From positions 2,022 through 66,021 of IMG/VR virus record IMGVR_UViG_3300022744_000001: DNA of 64,000 nt, one strand, 5' to 3'. Position 1 is the first letter of the stretch. Every line of letters starts with the position of its first letter. Made by a program: the position numbers and the translations under genes. This DNA comes from a virus. This document shows, piece by piece, positions 41,200-50,056 of this stretch. Below the pieces are notes generated by a model. The model worked only from the letters and a program-made list of their open reading frames with translations, was not told the DNA's origin and did not search any database.

Positions 41200-41840
41200 A
41201 CGCAGCACAGTACCTGGGCAAGCGGTGGGAGAAAACGTTGCAGGTGCTTCGGGTGCCTTCAGCCCCCGCCACCACGGCAATGATCTCAGAGATCCTTCAC
41301 CAGTACGCTGAGCCCGGCCGGGCCTACCACAACCTCGAGCACCTTCGCTTTTGCTTCACCGTGATAGACGACGTCATGGCGAAGCTCCCCGGCATCGGCG
41401 CCGTAGAACTCGCGCTCTGGTACCACGATTTCTTCTACGACACGCACGCTCAAGACAACGAGGAGCGAAGTGCTGCTCACGCTCGAGACCAACTCATTGG
41501 TTCTGGGTTCGGCCGCGGCTTCGCCAACCAAGTCGAAAACCTGATCCTCGCCACGAAGCACTCGAACGAGCCGAAGACACGGGAAGCCAAAGTCCTGCTC
41601 GACGTGGACATCTCCATTTTCAGCGCGACCACAGAAGAGTACGACGCCTACGAGACCGGGATTCGTCGCGAATACCACTGGGTCCCTGAAGAACAGTTCC
41701 GGGCCCGCCGTGTTGAAGTGCTCGAGCGCTTCCTGTCTCGGCAGTGGATTTATGCTACGCCCGAGTTCAGAAGCGGGCCGTACGAGACGCTCGCTCGAGC
41801 CAACCTCACGCGCGCCATTGCGGCACTGAAGGCCCCATGA
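41196..41840 (+). CDS. HD-domain-like metal-dependent phosphohydrolase (COG4339-like)
   Basis: GTG start overlaps the upstream stop (GTGA). AYHNLEHL...LALWYHDFFYD pattern. Confidence 0.55.
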   Translation: MNAAQYLGKRWEKTLQVLRVPSAPATTAMISEILHQYAEPGRAYHNLEHLRFCFTVIDDVMAKLPGIGAVELALWYHDFFYDTHAQDNEERSAAHARDQLIGSGFGRGFANQVENLILATKHSNEPKTREAKVLLDVDISIFSATTEEYDAYETGIRREYHWVPEEQFRARRVEVLERFLSRQWIYATPEFRSGPYETLARANLTRAIAALKAP

Positions 41841-41989
41841 ACAGCCCTTTGTTCAAGCACTCCGCGAAATACTGCACTCACTGCCAGAAAAACTCGAGGG
41901 AGCAGGTTCACTACCAGCGAGGCTTCAACAAGGGTGTGCACTGGCAATGCAAGATCTGTGGGAGAAAGTCCGTGCGTTGCTCTAAGTGA
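41837..41989 (+). CDS. small zinc-ribbon protein (50 aa)
   Basis: ATGA overlap with the upstream gene. CTHCQ...CKICG. Confidence 0.45.
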   Translation: MNSPLFKHSAKYCTHCQKNSREQVHYQRGFNKGVHWQCKICGRKSVRCSK

Positions 41990-43628
41990 ATCGGTGCCCG
42001 CCGGACTCCTTGGAGTCGTACATGGCGGCATCCGCGATCCGTACAAGGCTCTCAGGCTCACGCCCGTGCGTTGGGAACAAGGCCAGACCGATGCTGGCGC
42101 GAACCCCAACCTCTTCTCCGGAGGGCAGCTCGATAGGCTCCCCTACCAAGTTGAGGATCTTCGTCGCCACTGGGCCTGCATCGCCTTCTTGCGCAAGGTC
42201 GTCCAGCACAACGACGTACTCGTCGCCCCCTAGTCTGGCCACGACGTCGGTTCTTCGCACGCAAGCTCGGAGCCGGGCCGCGACCTCCTTGAGCACGATG
42301 TCTCCAGCGTCATGGCCGTGAGTGTCATTGACCTCTTTGAAGCCGTCGAGGTCGATGAACAGGACTGCGAGCTTGCTGTCGTACTGCTCTGCTCGAGCGA
42401 GCTTCGAAGCCAACGTGTTCATCAGCGTCGCCCGGTTCTGGAGCCCCGTGAGCGGGTCAGTATGGGCTGCTTTGATGAGGGCTGCCTCGGTCCTCTTTCG
42501 CTCAGTTACGTCACGGGCCACAACATAGAGCTTCCCCTCCACGTGAGCAGGGAAGTGCCAGGAGAGCCATCGCCACGTCCCATCTTTGCACCGGGCCCTG
42601 CACTCGAACTTCACCCCGTCGTAACCGCTGGCGAGCTTTGAGAGCTGCTCCTGCATGTCCATCCGGTCATCCGGGTGGAGCAGGTCGAAGATGGGGCGGC
42701 AAAGCAGCTCGTCCTCGGAGAAGCCCAGGACGCGAGTGAACGAGGGGTTCACTCGGATGAAGTAGCCGTCAAGCCGTGCGACACAGATGAGGTCAAGGCT
42801 CACGGTGAAGAGTCGATCGCGCTCTTCCTCGGCTCGTTTGCGGTCCGTGACGTCGGTGGCGGCCCAAAGGTAGCCAACGAGGTCTCCGGTGTCTTCTCGC
42901 ATGACCACCGTCTTCGCGCTGACCCAGAGAATGGATCCGTCGGGCCGAAGAAATCGGAACTCATGCTCGAACGAGAGGCCGAGGTCTGTGAGCCGCCGCC
43001 ACGCCATCATGACCGCTCGTCGGTCGTCTGGGTGCACAGCTCGAGTCCAGCCTTGCCCGTAGCACTCCTCGAGAGACAGGCCGCACATCTCCGACCAGGT
43101 TCGGTTCACAAACCCGCACCGGCCATGCTCGTTGGTCATGAGGGTGCCCGCGGGGGTCTCGTGGATGAACGCTCGGAGCTTGCTCTCGCTCTCGCGAAGG
43201 GCCCGCTCCATGTTCTTGGTGGCAGAGATGTCCCGGAAGGTGAGTAGAGCCCCGTGCGGTTTCTGCCCAGGCTTCTGAAGCGGGCGCGTGTTCGTGCTGA
43301 CCCAAACGGCAGTCCCATTCGGGCGAGCAACCTCCAGCACAACACTCGAGAGGGCGATGCCCGTGCGCAGGGACACTACGGCCGGGTGGTCATCCTTCGA
43401 AAGGAGAGACCCGTCCTCGCATGAAATACGAGGCGCATCGGACATATACTTTCCGATCAGGTCCTTCTCTGTAACCCCGAGGATCCGGGCCGCACAAGGG
43501 TTCGCCTCAACGATCTGTTCGGTTGCATCGATGACGAAGACCCCCTCCTCCATTGATTCGATCAAGGAGCGGTAGAATGCCTCATCTAACTGCAATCCCG
43601 CACTTTTGGTTACGTCTGAGTTCGGCAT
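41982..43628 (-). CDS. PAS-PAS-PAS-GGDEF diguanylate cyclase
   Basis: 548 aa. Three PAS-like repeats, each ending in a ...DVT(D/E)RK-type linker. The GGDEF domain has LFIDLDGFKEVNDTHGH, the active site RLGGDEYVV, and an RxxD (RRTD) 5 residues upstream. Confidence 0.85.
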   Translation of the reverse strand: MPNSDVTKSAGLQLDEAFYRSLIESMEEGVFVIDATEQIVEANPCAARILGVTEKDLIGKYMSDAPRISCEDGSLLSKDDHPAVVSLRTGIALSSVVLEVARPNGTAVWVSTNTRPLQKPGQKPHGALLTFRDISATKNMERALRESESKLRAFIHETPAGTLMTNEHGRCGFVNRTWSEMCGLSLEECYGQGWTRAVHPDDRRAVMMAWRRLTDLGLSFEHEFRFLRPDGSILWVSAKTVVMREDTGDLVGYLWAATDVTDRKRAEEERDRLFTVSLDLICVARLDGYFIRVNPSFTRVLGFSEDELLCRPIFDLLHPDDRMDMQEQLSKLASGYDGVKFECRARCKDGTWRWLSWHFPAHVEGKLYVVARDVTERKRTEAALIKAAHTDPLTGLQNRATLMNTLASKLARAEQYDSKLAVLFIDLDGFKEVNDTHGHDAGDIVLKEVAARLRACVRRTDVVARLGGDEYVVVLDDLAQEGDAGPVATKILNLVGEPIELPSGEEVGVRASIGLALFPTHGREPESLVRIADAAMYDSKESGGHRFT

Positions 43629-43679
43629 GCACCTACTGTCCCCACGGATGGAGCCATTTTAGCGGTGCAAAAGAAGGTT

Positions 43680-44135
43680 CTAGGCGGCGGTTTCCCACAT
43701 TAGAGTGTAGCGGAGCCGATAGCCTTTTCCGCGGACGTATTCGATCTGCCCTTCCTGAACTTGCGCTCGTAGCGCTTGCCGGAGGTAGTGCAGGAAGACT
43801 TCCCGATGTTCTACAGCTAACGTCCCGTCTTGAACGGCCCGATCAACCAAGGTTTTGGCCTCGTACGAGGGGTACGTGCCATCCGTTGCCTTGCGCCGCA
43901 GGAAAGCGATGAAACGCCACGCTTTTTGGTACGCTTGCGTCTTGATTTTTTCGCGGGACTGTCGAGGAGAAGGGCGGGGAGCGCGAGATTCCGCGTAGGA
44001 GGCGAACATAAGCGACTCGAGCACCTTATGTTCCTTGATAAGTTTCACAGCTGCTACCGCTGCGTTACGCCCCTCTTCCCCGCTGGTGGATTCGGTCAGG
44101 TCGATAAGCTTCTGGATCTTTTCCAGGATGTTCAC
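43680..44135 (-). CDS. hypothetical protein, DUF2786-like N-terminus
   Basis: ILEKIQKLIDLTESTSGEEGRNAAVAAVKLIKEH resembles the DUF2786 helix pair. Assigned from recall only. Confidence 0.45.
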   Translation of the reverse strand: MNILEKIQKLIDLTESTSGEEGRNAAVAAVKLIKEHKVLESLMFASYAESRAPRPSPRQSREKIKTQAYQKAWRFIAFLRRKATDGTYPSYEAKTLVDRAVQDGTLAVEHREVFLHYLRQALRAQVQEGQIEYVRGKGYRLRYTLMWETAA

Positions 44136-44475
44136 GTCTGTCCCCCAATTTTCGCAACGATCCCCTTACAGCCGCTGCGAGGCCATACGCAATACACCAT
44201 GTTGGCCAGCCGTCACCATTTTTCCGCGGCCTTTGTTGCGCTTTTGTTCTAAACCGTTGAAACCAAACGGTTTTGAACGAGTCACAACACGATTGAACAG
44301 GGCGGCCAGGCGTTTTTGGTGTTTTCCCTTTCGTTGCTGCTACTTACAGTGGTTTTCCACAGCTTATCGTACCATGTGGGATTATACCGATACGCGAAAA
44401 AGGGCCTGTGTCAGGATCATTTCGAGTGTGTCCCTTTGGACACACCCGTTTCAACAATTCCCTAATCATTCCAAT

Positions 44476-45090
44476 ATGGAGGCTATGCCGCAGAGCCTCG
44501 ATTGGACGCCCGTTTTTTCCCCGCCGCCCGAGCCCATTTCGGTTCGGTTGAAGGTGCCGTGGCTGGTTCAGCTCGGTGCGAAGTGTCCTGGTTGTGGGGT
44601 GCCCGTTTCCAATTTGGGCTCGATCACGCACGAGTGCGGCGAGGTTCTGGAGGTCGTCGATTCCGCTCCGGCCCTGGTGCTGTTGGTCAGGTATCCCGCG
44701 GGGTATCTCGTGGTGAGATCCGACCGTTGGGACAGGTATCTCATCAAAGTGCCATGCACGAGCCCTATCGAAGGTGACTCGCGGGTGCCGCTCAGCACTT
44801 TGCATGGCGAGCCTTGGGTTATTTGGGATCGCACTGGAACGAAAGAACCGCACTGGGAGCGAGCACACCACTGCCCTGAATGCGGAAAAGCCCACGACCA
44901 CCCGATCTCGGACACCGTGTTCAGGTGTGAATGTCGTACGAGGTTACTCCCCTTGCCCGCGGAAATCATTGTTGGATTTACCCCCGCAGACGTTGTGGGA
45001 AAACTGTGGGATGAACGCGCCCTCGTGGTCAAACATCGAGGGCGACACCTTTTGTGGTCCATGTTGAACTTCCCCCGTCCAGAGGTGTAG
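44476..45090 (+). CDS. hypothetical Cys-rich protein (204 aa)
   Basis: Internal ATG 44476 chosen after a 340-nt lower-GC intergenic region. CPGCG...HECG and CPECG...CEC pairs. Confidence 0.5.
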   Translation: MEAMPQSLDWTPVFSPPPEPISVRLKVPWLVQLGAKCPGCGVPVSNLGSITHECGEVLEVVDSAPALVLLVRYPAGYLVVRSDRWDRYLIKVPCTSPIEGDSRVPLSTLHGEPWVIWDRTGTKEPHWERAHHCPECGKAHDHPISDTVFRCECRTRLLPLPAEIIVGFTPADVVGKLWDERALVVKHRGRHLLWSMLNFPRPEV

Positions 45091-45097
45091 TCCAGTT

Positions 45098-45340
45098 GTG
45101 ACCTGTCAGCGGTGCAGCTCAGCTCGAGTAGCGTTCATGGTTGCCACCACGACGGGGGTCCGGTTCACCCAAGTAGGCGAATCCTTCGCTGAGGTCGTTC
45201 CTCACGGCATGGGCATCACGGATATGGGGGACTCGCTCCGGATGCGCTGGTGCCTTGACTGCGGTCAAATTCAAGGGCAGTGGCCGGTCAAACGAACGCC
45301 GCTCGAGCCGCCGCCCTTGAAACGCCCTCACTCGAAATAG
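45098..45340 (+). CDS. small zinc-ribbon protein (80 aa)
   Basis: CQRC...CLDCG. Confidence 0.45.
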   Translation: MTCQRCSSARVAFMVATTTGVRFTQVGESFAEVVPHGMGITDMGDSLRMRWCLDCGQIQGQWPVKRTPLEPPPLKRPHSK

Positions 45341-45561
45341 GCGACAATCTTCGACATATGGATGGGCCCTGGGAGGCCCTCCCCGTTTACTCGAACCACC
45401 CTCCAAGCCTTGATCCCAGAGGCGGTCGCTTTCTCACTGAAAGACTGAGCGGCGGCTCGAGCGGTGTTGGCCCCAACAGCGAGGGCAACTGCGCCGAGGG
45501 TAAGGGCTCCGAGAAATCCCCTTCGTGTAAGGGCTGTGGTTTGACGAGCTTGGATTTTCAT
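45328..45561 (-). CDS. small exported protein with twin-arginine-like signal
   Basis: From ATG 45561: MKIQARQTTALTRRGFLGALTLGAVALAVGANTARAAAQ (RRxFL followed by a hydrophobic core and AxA). Confidence 0.5.
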   Translation of the reverse strand: MKIQARQTTALTRRGFLGALTLGAVALAVGANTARAAAQSFSEKATASGIKAWRVVRVNGEGLPGPIHMSKIVAYFE

Positions 45562-45584
45562 ACCGCCTCTTTCGCAGCAAAGGA

Positions 45585-45776
45585 CTATAGCCGGAGAAAC
45601 TTGCGCCGCTCTTTGAGTCTCGACCTCCACAGGTCGAACTTCAACTTGCCATCGTCCCTCTTTTGCACAAGAAGGCGCTCAACGCCAGCGCCGACGAGAA
45701 GACTCGCAAACATCCAAGCCACGAGATCCATGGTTTCCCATACACCGCAGTTCCTTTGCTGGAACTGCTTAGGCAT
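45585..45776 (-). CDS. small membrane protein (start uncertain)
   Basis: Hydrophobic segment MDLVAWMFASLLVGAGV followed by a basic tail. Confidence 0.35.
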   Translation of the reverse strand: MPKQFQQRNCGVWETMDLVAWMFASLLVGAGVERLLVQKRDDGKLKFDLWRSRLKERRKFLRL

Positions 45777-46239
45777 GCAGATCTGGTTTGGTATCGGTGA
45801 CCACGAGGTTCAAATTAGCCTGCACGGCCCCGGGCTCAGGCTGTCCTTGGCCAAACCCGGACTCCTCGAGCAGGACGGGTGCTCCATTCTCCCCGATGCT
45901 GAAATTGAAGAGGGGTGGGAGTATGAGATTCGACCCATTGATCGGGGCTACCTCACTGAGGTGAACTCGCGAGGCTGGGCGTACGAGGCAAGCTATCTCT
46001 GGGTCAACCCCAACACGCAAGTCCCGGAGTTGGCTGAGACTCGGCTGGTCCTCTGCCGAGAAGAGGATGCTAGCTGGGGCCTCTACATCTACCCGGAAGG
46101 CGGCACAGACCTGGTGCTTGCGCTTCCCCTCGCAGTGGCTGAGACATTGGAAGCAGTGTTCCGGTCTTACCCCGCACCTCATGGCTTCGTTCCTGTGCTC
46201 ATTCCAGGGGGCGCATCGGAAGATGGGGCGGCCCCATAA
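45775..46239 (+). CDS. hypothetical protein (154 aa)
   Basis: Internal ATG 45775 of the track ORF 45280..46239. The upstream part of that ORF overlaps minus-strand genes. Confidence 0.5.
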   Translation: MQIWFGIGDHEVQISLHGPGLRLSLAKPGLLEQDGCSILPDAEIEEGWEYEIRPIDRGYLTEVNSRGWAYEASYLWVNPNTQVPELAETRLVLCREEDASWGLYIYPEGGTDLVLALPLAVAETLEAVFRSYPAPHGFVPVLIPGGASEDGAAP

Positions 46240-46279
46240 TTCGACCTGGCCTCGGTCGAAGTTTGGGGTAGGTAGCGGC

Positions 46280-46744
46280 ATGCCCCTGATCGCGTTGGAT
46301 GACGTTGGTCGTTTACTCCACCAGCACCCCAAACACGCATTTCTCTCGGGGGACCCGAAGGAAACGCTACCCAAAGCCGCACACTCGCTCGTTCAATCCC
46401 TGGGCCTCAAGCAGCTGTGGCAGGTGCTGACTTTCTCTCCGCGAGAGTTGCTCGCGCACGACCCCTCGAGTCAAACCCTTCTCGAGCCCATCGCAAACGC
46501 CTTGGCTCCCTACAGCTTGGCGTTGCGGGAGAACGCCCCGTTCGCGCTCCGGACGGGCAATCGTTACGTCAAATCCATCTCAGAGGGCACCAACATTTTG
46601 ATGCCCTTCTACGAGGACACGACGTTCTACTGGACACGGTGGACGGCCATGACCGCCGCTACGAAGCTGGCGATAGCCTTCCCCGGGATTACTCCCGTCT
46701 TCCGCTCAGAGACGTTGCGGCTTGGTTATGTGCTTCGCCCCTAG
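46280..46744 (+). CDS. hypothetical protein (154 aa)
   Basis: Internal ATG 46280 of the track ORF 46067..46744. Confidence 0.5.
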   Translation: MPLIALDDVGRLLHQHPKHAFLSGDPKETLPKAAHSLVQSLGLKQLWQVLTFSPRELLAHDPSSQTLLEPIANALAPYSLALRENAPFALRTGNRYVKSISEGTNILMPFYEDTTFYWTRWTAMTAATKLAIAFPGITPVFRSETLRLGYVLRP

Positions 46745-47739
46745 ACGTTCGCGACCGCGGGCCTCACGGGCATGATGGCGTTGGGCCCGTCGAACAAAGC
46801 CCAAGGCCAGAGACCGGAACGAATCGCGGCGTCTCGAGTACGCTGCCAACGACCTCCGGGGATGTTGGCGTTCCATCGTCCGAAGTTCGAGGTTCCGAGC
46901 ATCTGGAGCAGGACTCGCGGGAGCAGCTCGCGGCTACCGCTTGCCACCTTCCAGGCGTTTTGAAGGCACGTGACCGCAATGGCCGGGGCGTTCACGGAGT
47001 TCGAGTACCACACCGCGAAGGCAAGCTCGAGAGCTGGTGTTAGGGTTGCAGTGGTGACGTCCGCCCCAATCACCTGCTCGACGGTCGAGATGCCGTTGAG
47101 GTTGAGTCGGCGACTCTGGAATGCCTTCTCCATGTGCTCGAGCCCGTAGAGCCGCTGTGTGGTGAACGTAGCAGGGTCCGAGAAGAGCTGAGAGAACAGG
47201 GTCGCCCATCGAGCGGCTTGGTCCCACTGGGGTCCGTTCGGAGGAACCCGACCTCCCGCGGGCGTCAACTCGTTCCGGATCAATGCCCCATGAACCGTTG
47301 CCCCAGCTTTCACTTGAAGCTGCTTGCCTGCAACCGTCACCGTCTGGTCGGCGGCGTAGCGAAGCACTCCGGACGGGGAAAGGACCCACCCCCGGGCCCT
47401 GAAGCCCGCCTGGATGGCCGCCGCCGCAGGTGTGGTGGCCACGGCAAGGACTCGAGCGAGCAGGGCGCCTAGCGGTCCCTGGTCGTCCTCTGCGTTGAAG
47501 TCCTCATTCGCGAGTTCCTTCGGGTAGACGATGATGAACTGGTCCGGCCCAGCCGTGAGCCCCGTCCCATCGAACATCACCACGGTGCCAAAAGTCCCGT
47601 TGGTCTCTACCTTGGTAGTGAGCCAGTAGAACCGCTCCGCGGACAACTTGCTCGTTGGAACCGGGATAGCTGTAGCCCCGACAACCATCGGTCCCGAGTA
47701 ATCCCCAAACTGCCTCCATTGAACGTTCGGCATGGCCAC
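46741..47739 (-). CDS. hypothetical protein (332 aa)
   Basis: ATG ORF with good coding-like composition. No family recognised. Confidence 0.6.
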   Translation of the reverse strand: MAMPNVQWRQFGDYSGPMVVGATAIPVPTSKLSAERFYWLTTKVETNGTFGTVVMFDGTGLTAGPDQFIIVYPKELANEDFNAEDDQGPLGALLARVLAVATTPAAAAIQAGFRARGWVLSPSGVLRYAADQTVTVAGKQLQVKAGATVHGALIRNELTPAGGRVPPNGPQWDQAARWATLFSQLFSDPATFTTQRLYGLEHMEKAFQSRRLNLNGISTVEQVIGADVTTATLTPALELAFAVWYSNSVNAPAIAVTCLQNAWKVASGSRELLPRVLLQMLGTSNFGRWNANIPGGRWQRTRDAAIRSGLWPWALFDGPNAIMPVRPAVANV

Positions 47740-47768
47740 CTCACGGTGTAGGGGCCATAAGAAAGCTG

Positions 47769-47796
47769 TTGACTACGATGTAGTGGCAGCTATGCT
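47769..47796 (+). promoter_or_regulatory. sigma-70-like promoter
   Basis: TTGACT, a 16-nt spacer, then TATGCT, about 40 nt upstream of ATG 47836. Confidence 0.4.
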
Positions 47797-47835
47797 TCTA
47801 GGCTCGCCTTAAGGGCAGAAAGCGTTTCCCTAGTC

Positions 47836-48612
47836 ATGCGCCAGGACATGCCCAAAGTCGTTGTTGAACGTGGGCGCACCAACGCCACGTACAGCTACCG
47901 CGACCACCGCTCCTCTCGGAAAAAGGCAGAGGATGACCTCCCTCGCAACGAGGGGATGCGTCGTCCTTATGGCTGGGAGAAGAAGCAGCTGAACGAGACG
48001 CTCGCACCATTGCGTCGGTTCCTGCGTAGCCGAGTCGGGCAGCCGTGGGACAAGGTCTACTCCGAAATCAGCGAGAACCTGAAAGCCTCGAATCCGGTTC
48101 AGCAGCACGTCCGCGACCACCTGAAGGACTACGTGTTCTTCACCGTCGTTGTGAAGAACGGGCGTTACGAGGGACCTCGTCGTGGTGACCTCGGCTGGAC
48201 CGTTCGCCTGCGCAAGGGTGACCTTTACGTGAACGAGGCTGGCATCCTCTGCCAGCTCCGCCATGACGGGCCTAAGAAGGGCGACTCCCGGTACAAGTCG
48301 TACGTGGTCTCGGCCATCACTGAGAAGGCGGGCGGGAGCCGCCACCTTCACCGGACGAAGACGACCTACTTCCTGGCCCGGAAGAAGGACTATGCACCCG
48401 CGAGCGGTGAGGTCGTTGTCGAAACCATCGAAGCTGTGTCCTTCGAATCGGCCCGGGACCTCTTCAACGAGCGCTACCGCAAAAACCCCGTGGTGGCGGA
48501 GAGCTGGGTGTCCTCGGTCAACTGTCGCTGCACGAAGTGCATCCAATACCAGTCCGAGAGCCACCAGATGAGGCAAGCTCGCGAGCGAGAGAAGCTCAGC
48601 GCAGCTGGATAG
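47836..48612 (+). CDS. hypothetical basic protein (258 aa)
   Basis: ATG ORF. No family recognised. Confidence 0.6.
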   Translation: MRQDMPKVVVERGRTNATYSYRDHRSSRKKAEDDLPRNEGMRRPYGWEKKQLNETLAPLRRFLRSRVGQPWDKVYSEISENLKASNPVQQHVRDHLKDYVFFTVVVKNGRYEGPRRGDLGWTVRLRKGDLYVNEAGILCQLRHDGPKKGDSRYKSYVVSAITEKAGGSRHLHRTKTTYFLARKKDYAPASGEVVVETIEAVSFESARDLFNERYRKNPVVAESWVSSVNCRCTKCIQYQSESHQMRQAREREKLSAAG

Positions 48613-49153
48613 GGGCAGCCTTCTTTGTCGTGAACGCCTGCTCGGTTTCCTCGTTCGTCACGATGCCGATGTTCTTGATCTTGTCCGTGGGGAAGCCGAA
48701 GAAGCCCGAGAACATGGCGCCCATGCCTGTCTCGTATTGGTCTCGGTAGGCTTGCTGGCGCGCGATCAAGGACTTCTGGTCAGCTTCGAAGCTCTGGCGG
48801 CCCGACTGGATTTGCAGCTGGATTCGCTCATACATCTTCGAATCGAAGTTCGGGTTGTGCTCCTTGATGAACTGCACCAGGGCCTTTGACCCATCCGCCC
48901 CGTAGCGGCTTTGGATGGCCCCGTCGTAGACCTTCTTGAGGTCGTCCGTGTACATGGACGGGACCTGAGCCATCTCTTTGAGGGTGGAGAAGTAGTTCGA
49001 GTAGTTGTTCTTGTCTTGGTCGTACTGGGCAACGAGCCCGTTCTCCATGCGCACGCACGTGTTGTAGAAGCCGAACAGAACGAACGCGAAAATGATCACC
49101 ACCAGGAAAAGCCCAGCGATGCCTGCCAACAGAAACTTCATAGCCGTAGACAT
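48596..49153 (-). CDS. LemA-like membrane protein
   Basis: N-terminal TM LLAGIAGLFLVVIIFAFVLFGF followed by YNTCVRMENGLVAQ, and a C-terminal ...QQAYRDQYETGMGAMFSGFFGFP, parallel to the LemA layout. Confidence 0.5.
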   Translation of the reverse strand: MSTAMKFLLAGIAGLFLVVIIFAFVLFGFYNTCVRMENGLVAQYDQDKNNYSNYFSTLKEMAQVPSMYTDDLKKVYDGAIQSRYGADGSKALVQFIKEHNPNFDSKMYERIQLQIQSGRQSFEADQKSLIARQQAYRDQYETGMGAMFSGFFGFPTDKIKNIGIVTNEETEQAFTTKKAAPIQLR

Positions 49154-49165
49154 TGTCTCTCCTCT

Positions 49166-50056
49166 TCAACCCTCAAGGGTTTGGTAGAACTTTTCGACGT
49201 CGAGTGCGATGGTGACCGGGTAGGGCCCTGGCTCGCCCACGAACGTGAAGTCCGTATCGGGGCGGGTCCCCCACTCACCCTTTTCTCGGTAGGGGAAGCC
49301 TCGGACCCAAGTAGCGGCCGACGGGTTGATAGCCAGCGCAACTGCGATGACGTCATGCAGGGCTTTGCCGTTCGGGTGCTTCTGAAAGTAGGTGAGCATC
49401 CCAAGCTTCAAGAGGTCGAGTCCTGGGTGAGCCCCGTCCGGAAGCTGAACGCTCTGGTCGTAGATGATCCCGTGGCACACGTTCTTGGTGACAAATCGCT
49501 TGGTAGGGATGGCTTCAGTTGAGATCAGGGCTTTGGCCGCGGGAACGTCCCCGTTGAGGTTGAACGTCGGGCAGGTGATGCGGCCTTCGAATTTGGGAAG
49601 GCGGAATTCCGGCGGCACCACGTTGTCGCCTGCAAACCCGCCCTGGCAGGTCCAATTCTGGAAGAACGGTTTGGCTCCTCGAGCTTGGAGGGCCTCGTGG
49701 ACATTGGTCAGGGCGGCCCCCGTGACAAGGTGGGTTGCGCCCCCATCGAGAGCCCCGTGGATGACCTCGACCGCGGTCCCGTCTGGGATGCAAGGACCAA
49801 AGCCCCCCAACCAGTCACGGTAGAACCCAGCCACTCGAGGCGCTTCCTTCTTGGGTGTCCCAGCCCCTACAAGCACGTCTGGGCGGCCCAGAAGCGCCAG
49901 GACGTGCTTGGCCAACCCGACCTGGTCGTGACCTCCAGGGAAGACTGTGATGGCCCGCAAATCCACTCGAGGGTGGGTTGCGAGGATGCAGAGGGCCATG
50001 GCGTCATCGGGGTCGCCGGTCTCCATGTCGAAGACCATCTTGATTCGTTTGGCCAT
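49166..50056 (-). CDS. inosine/uridine-preferring nucleoside hydrolase family protein
   Basis: The N-terminal metal-binding motif FDMETGDPDDAMAL fits DxDxxxDD. ATG 50056 overlaps the upstream stop (ATGA). Confidence 0.7.
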   Translation of the reverse strand: MAKRIKMVFDMETGDPDDAMALCILATHPRVDLRAITVFPGGHDQVGLAKHVLALLGRPDVLVGAGTPKKEAPRVAGFYRDWLGGFGPCIPDGTAVEVIHGALDGGATHLVTGAALTNVHEALQARGAKPFFQNWTCQGGFAGDNVVPPEFRLPKFEGRITCPTFNLNGDVPAAKALISTEAIPTKRFVTKNVCHGIIYDQSVQLPDGAHPGLDLLKLGMLTYFQKHPNGKALHDVIAVALAINPSAATWVRGFPYREKGEWGTRPDTDFTFVGEPGPYPVTIALDVEKFYQTLEG

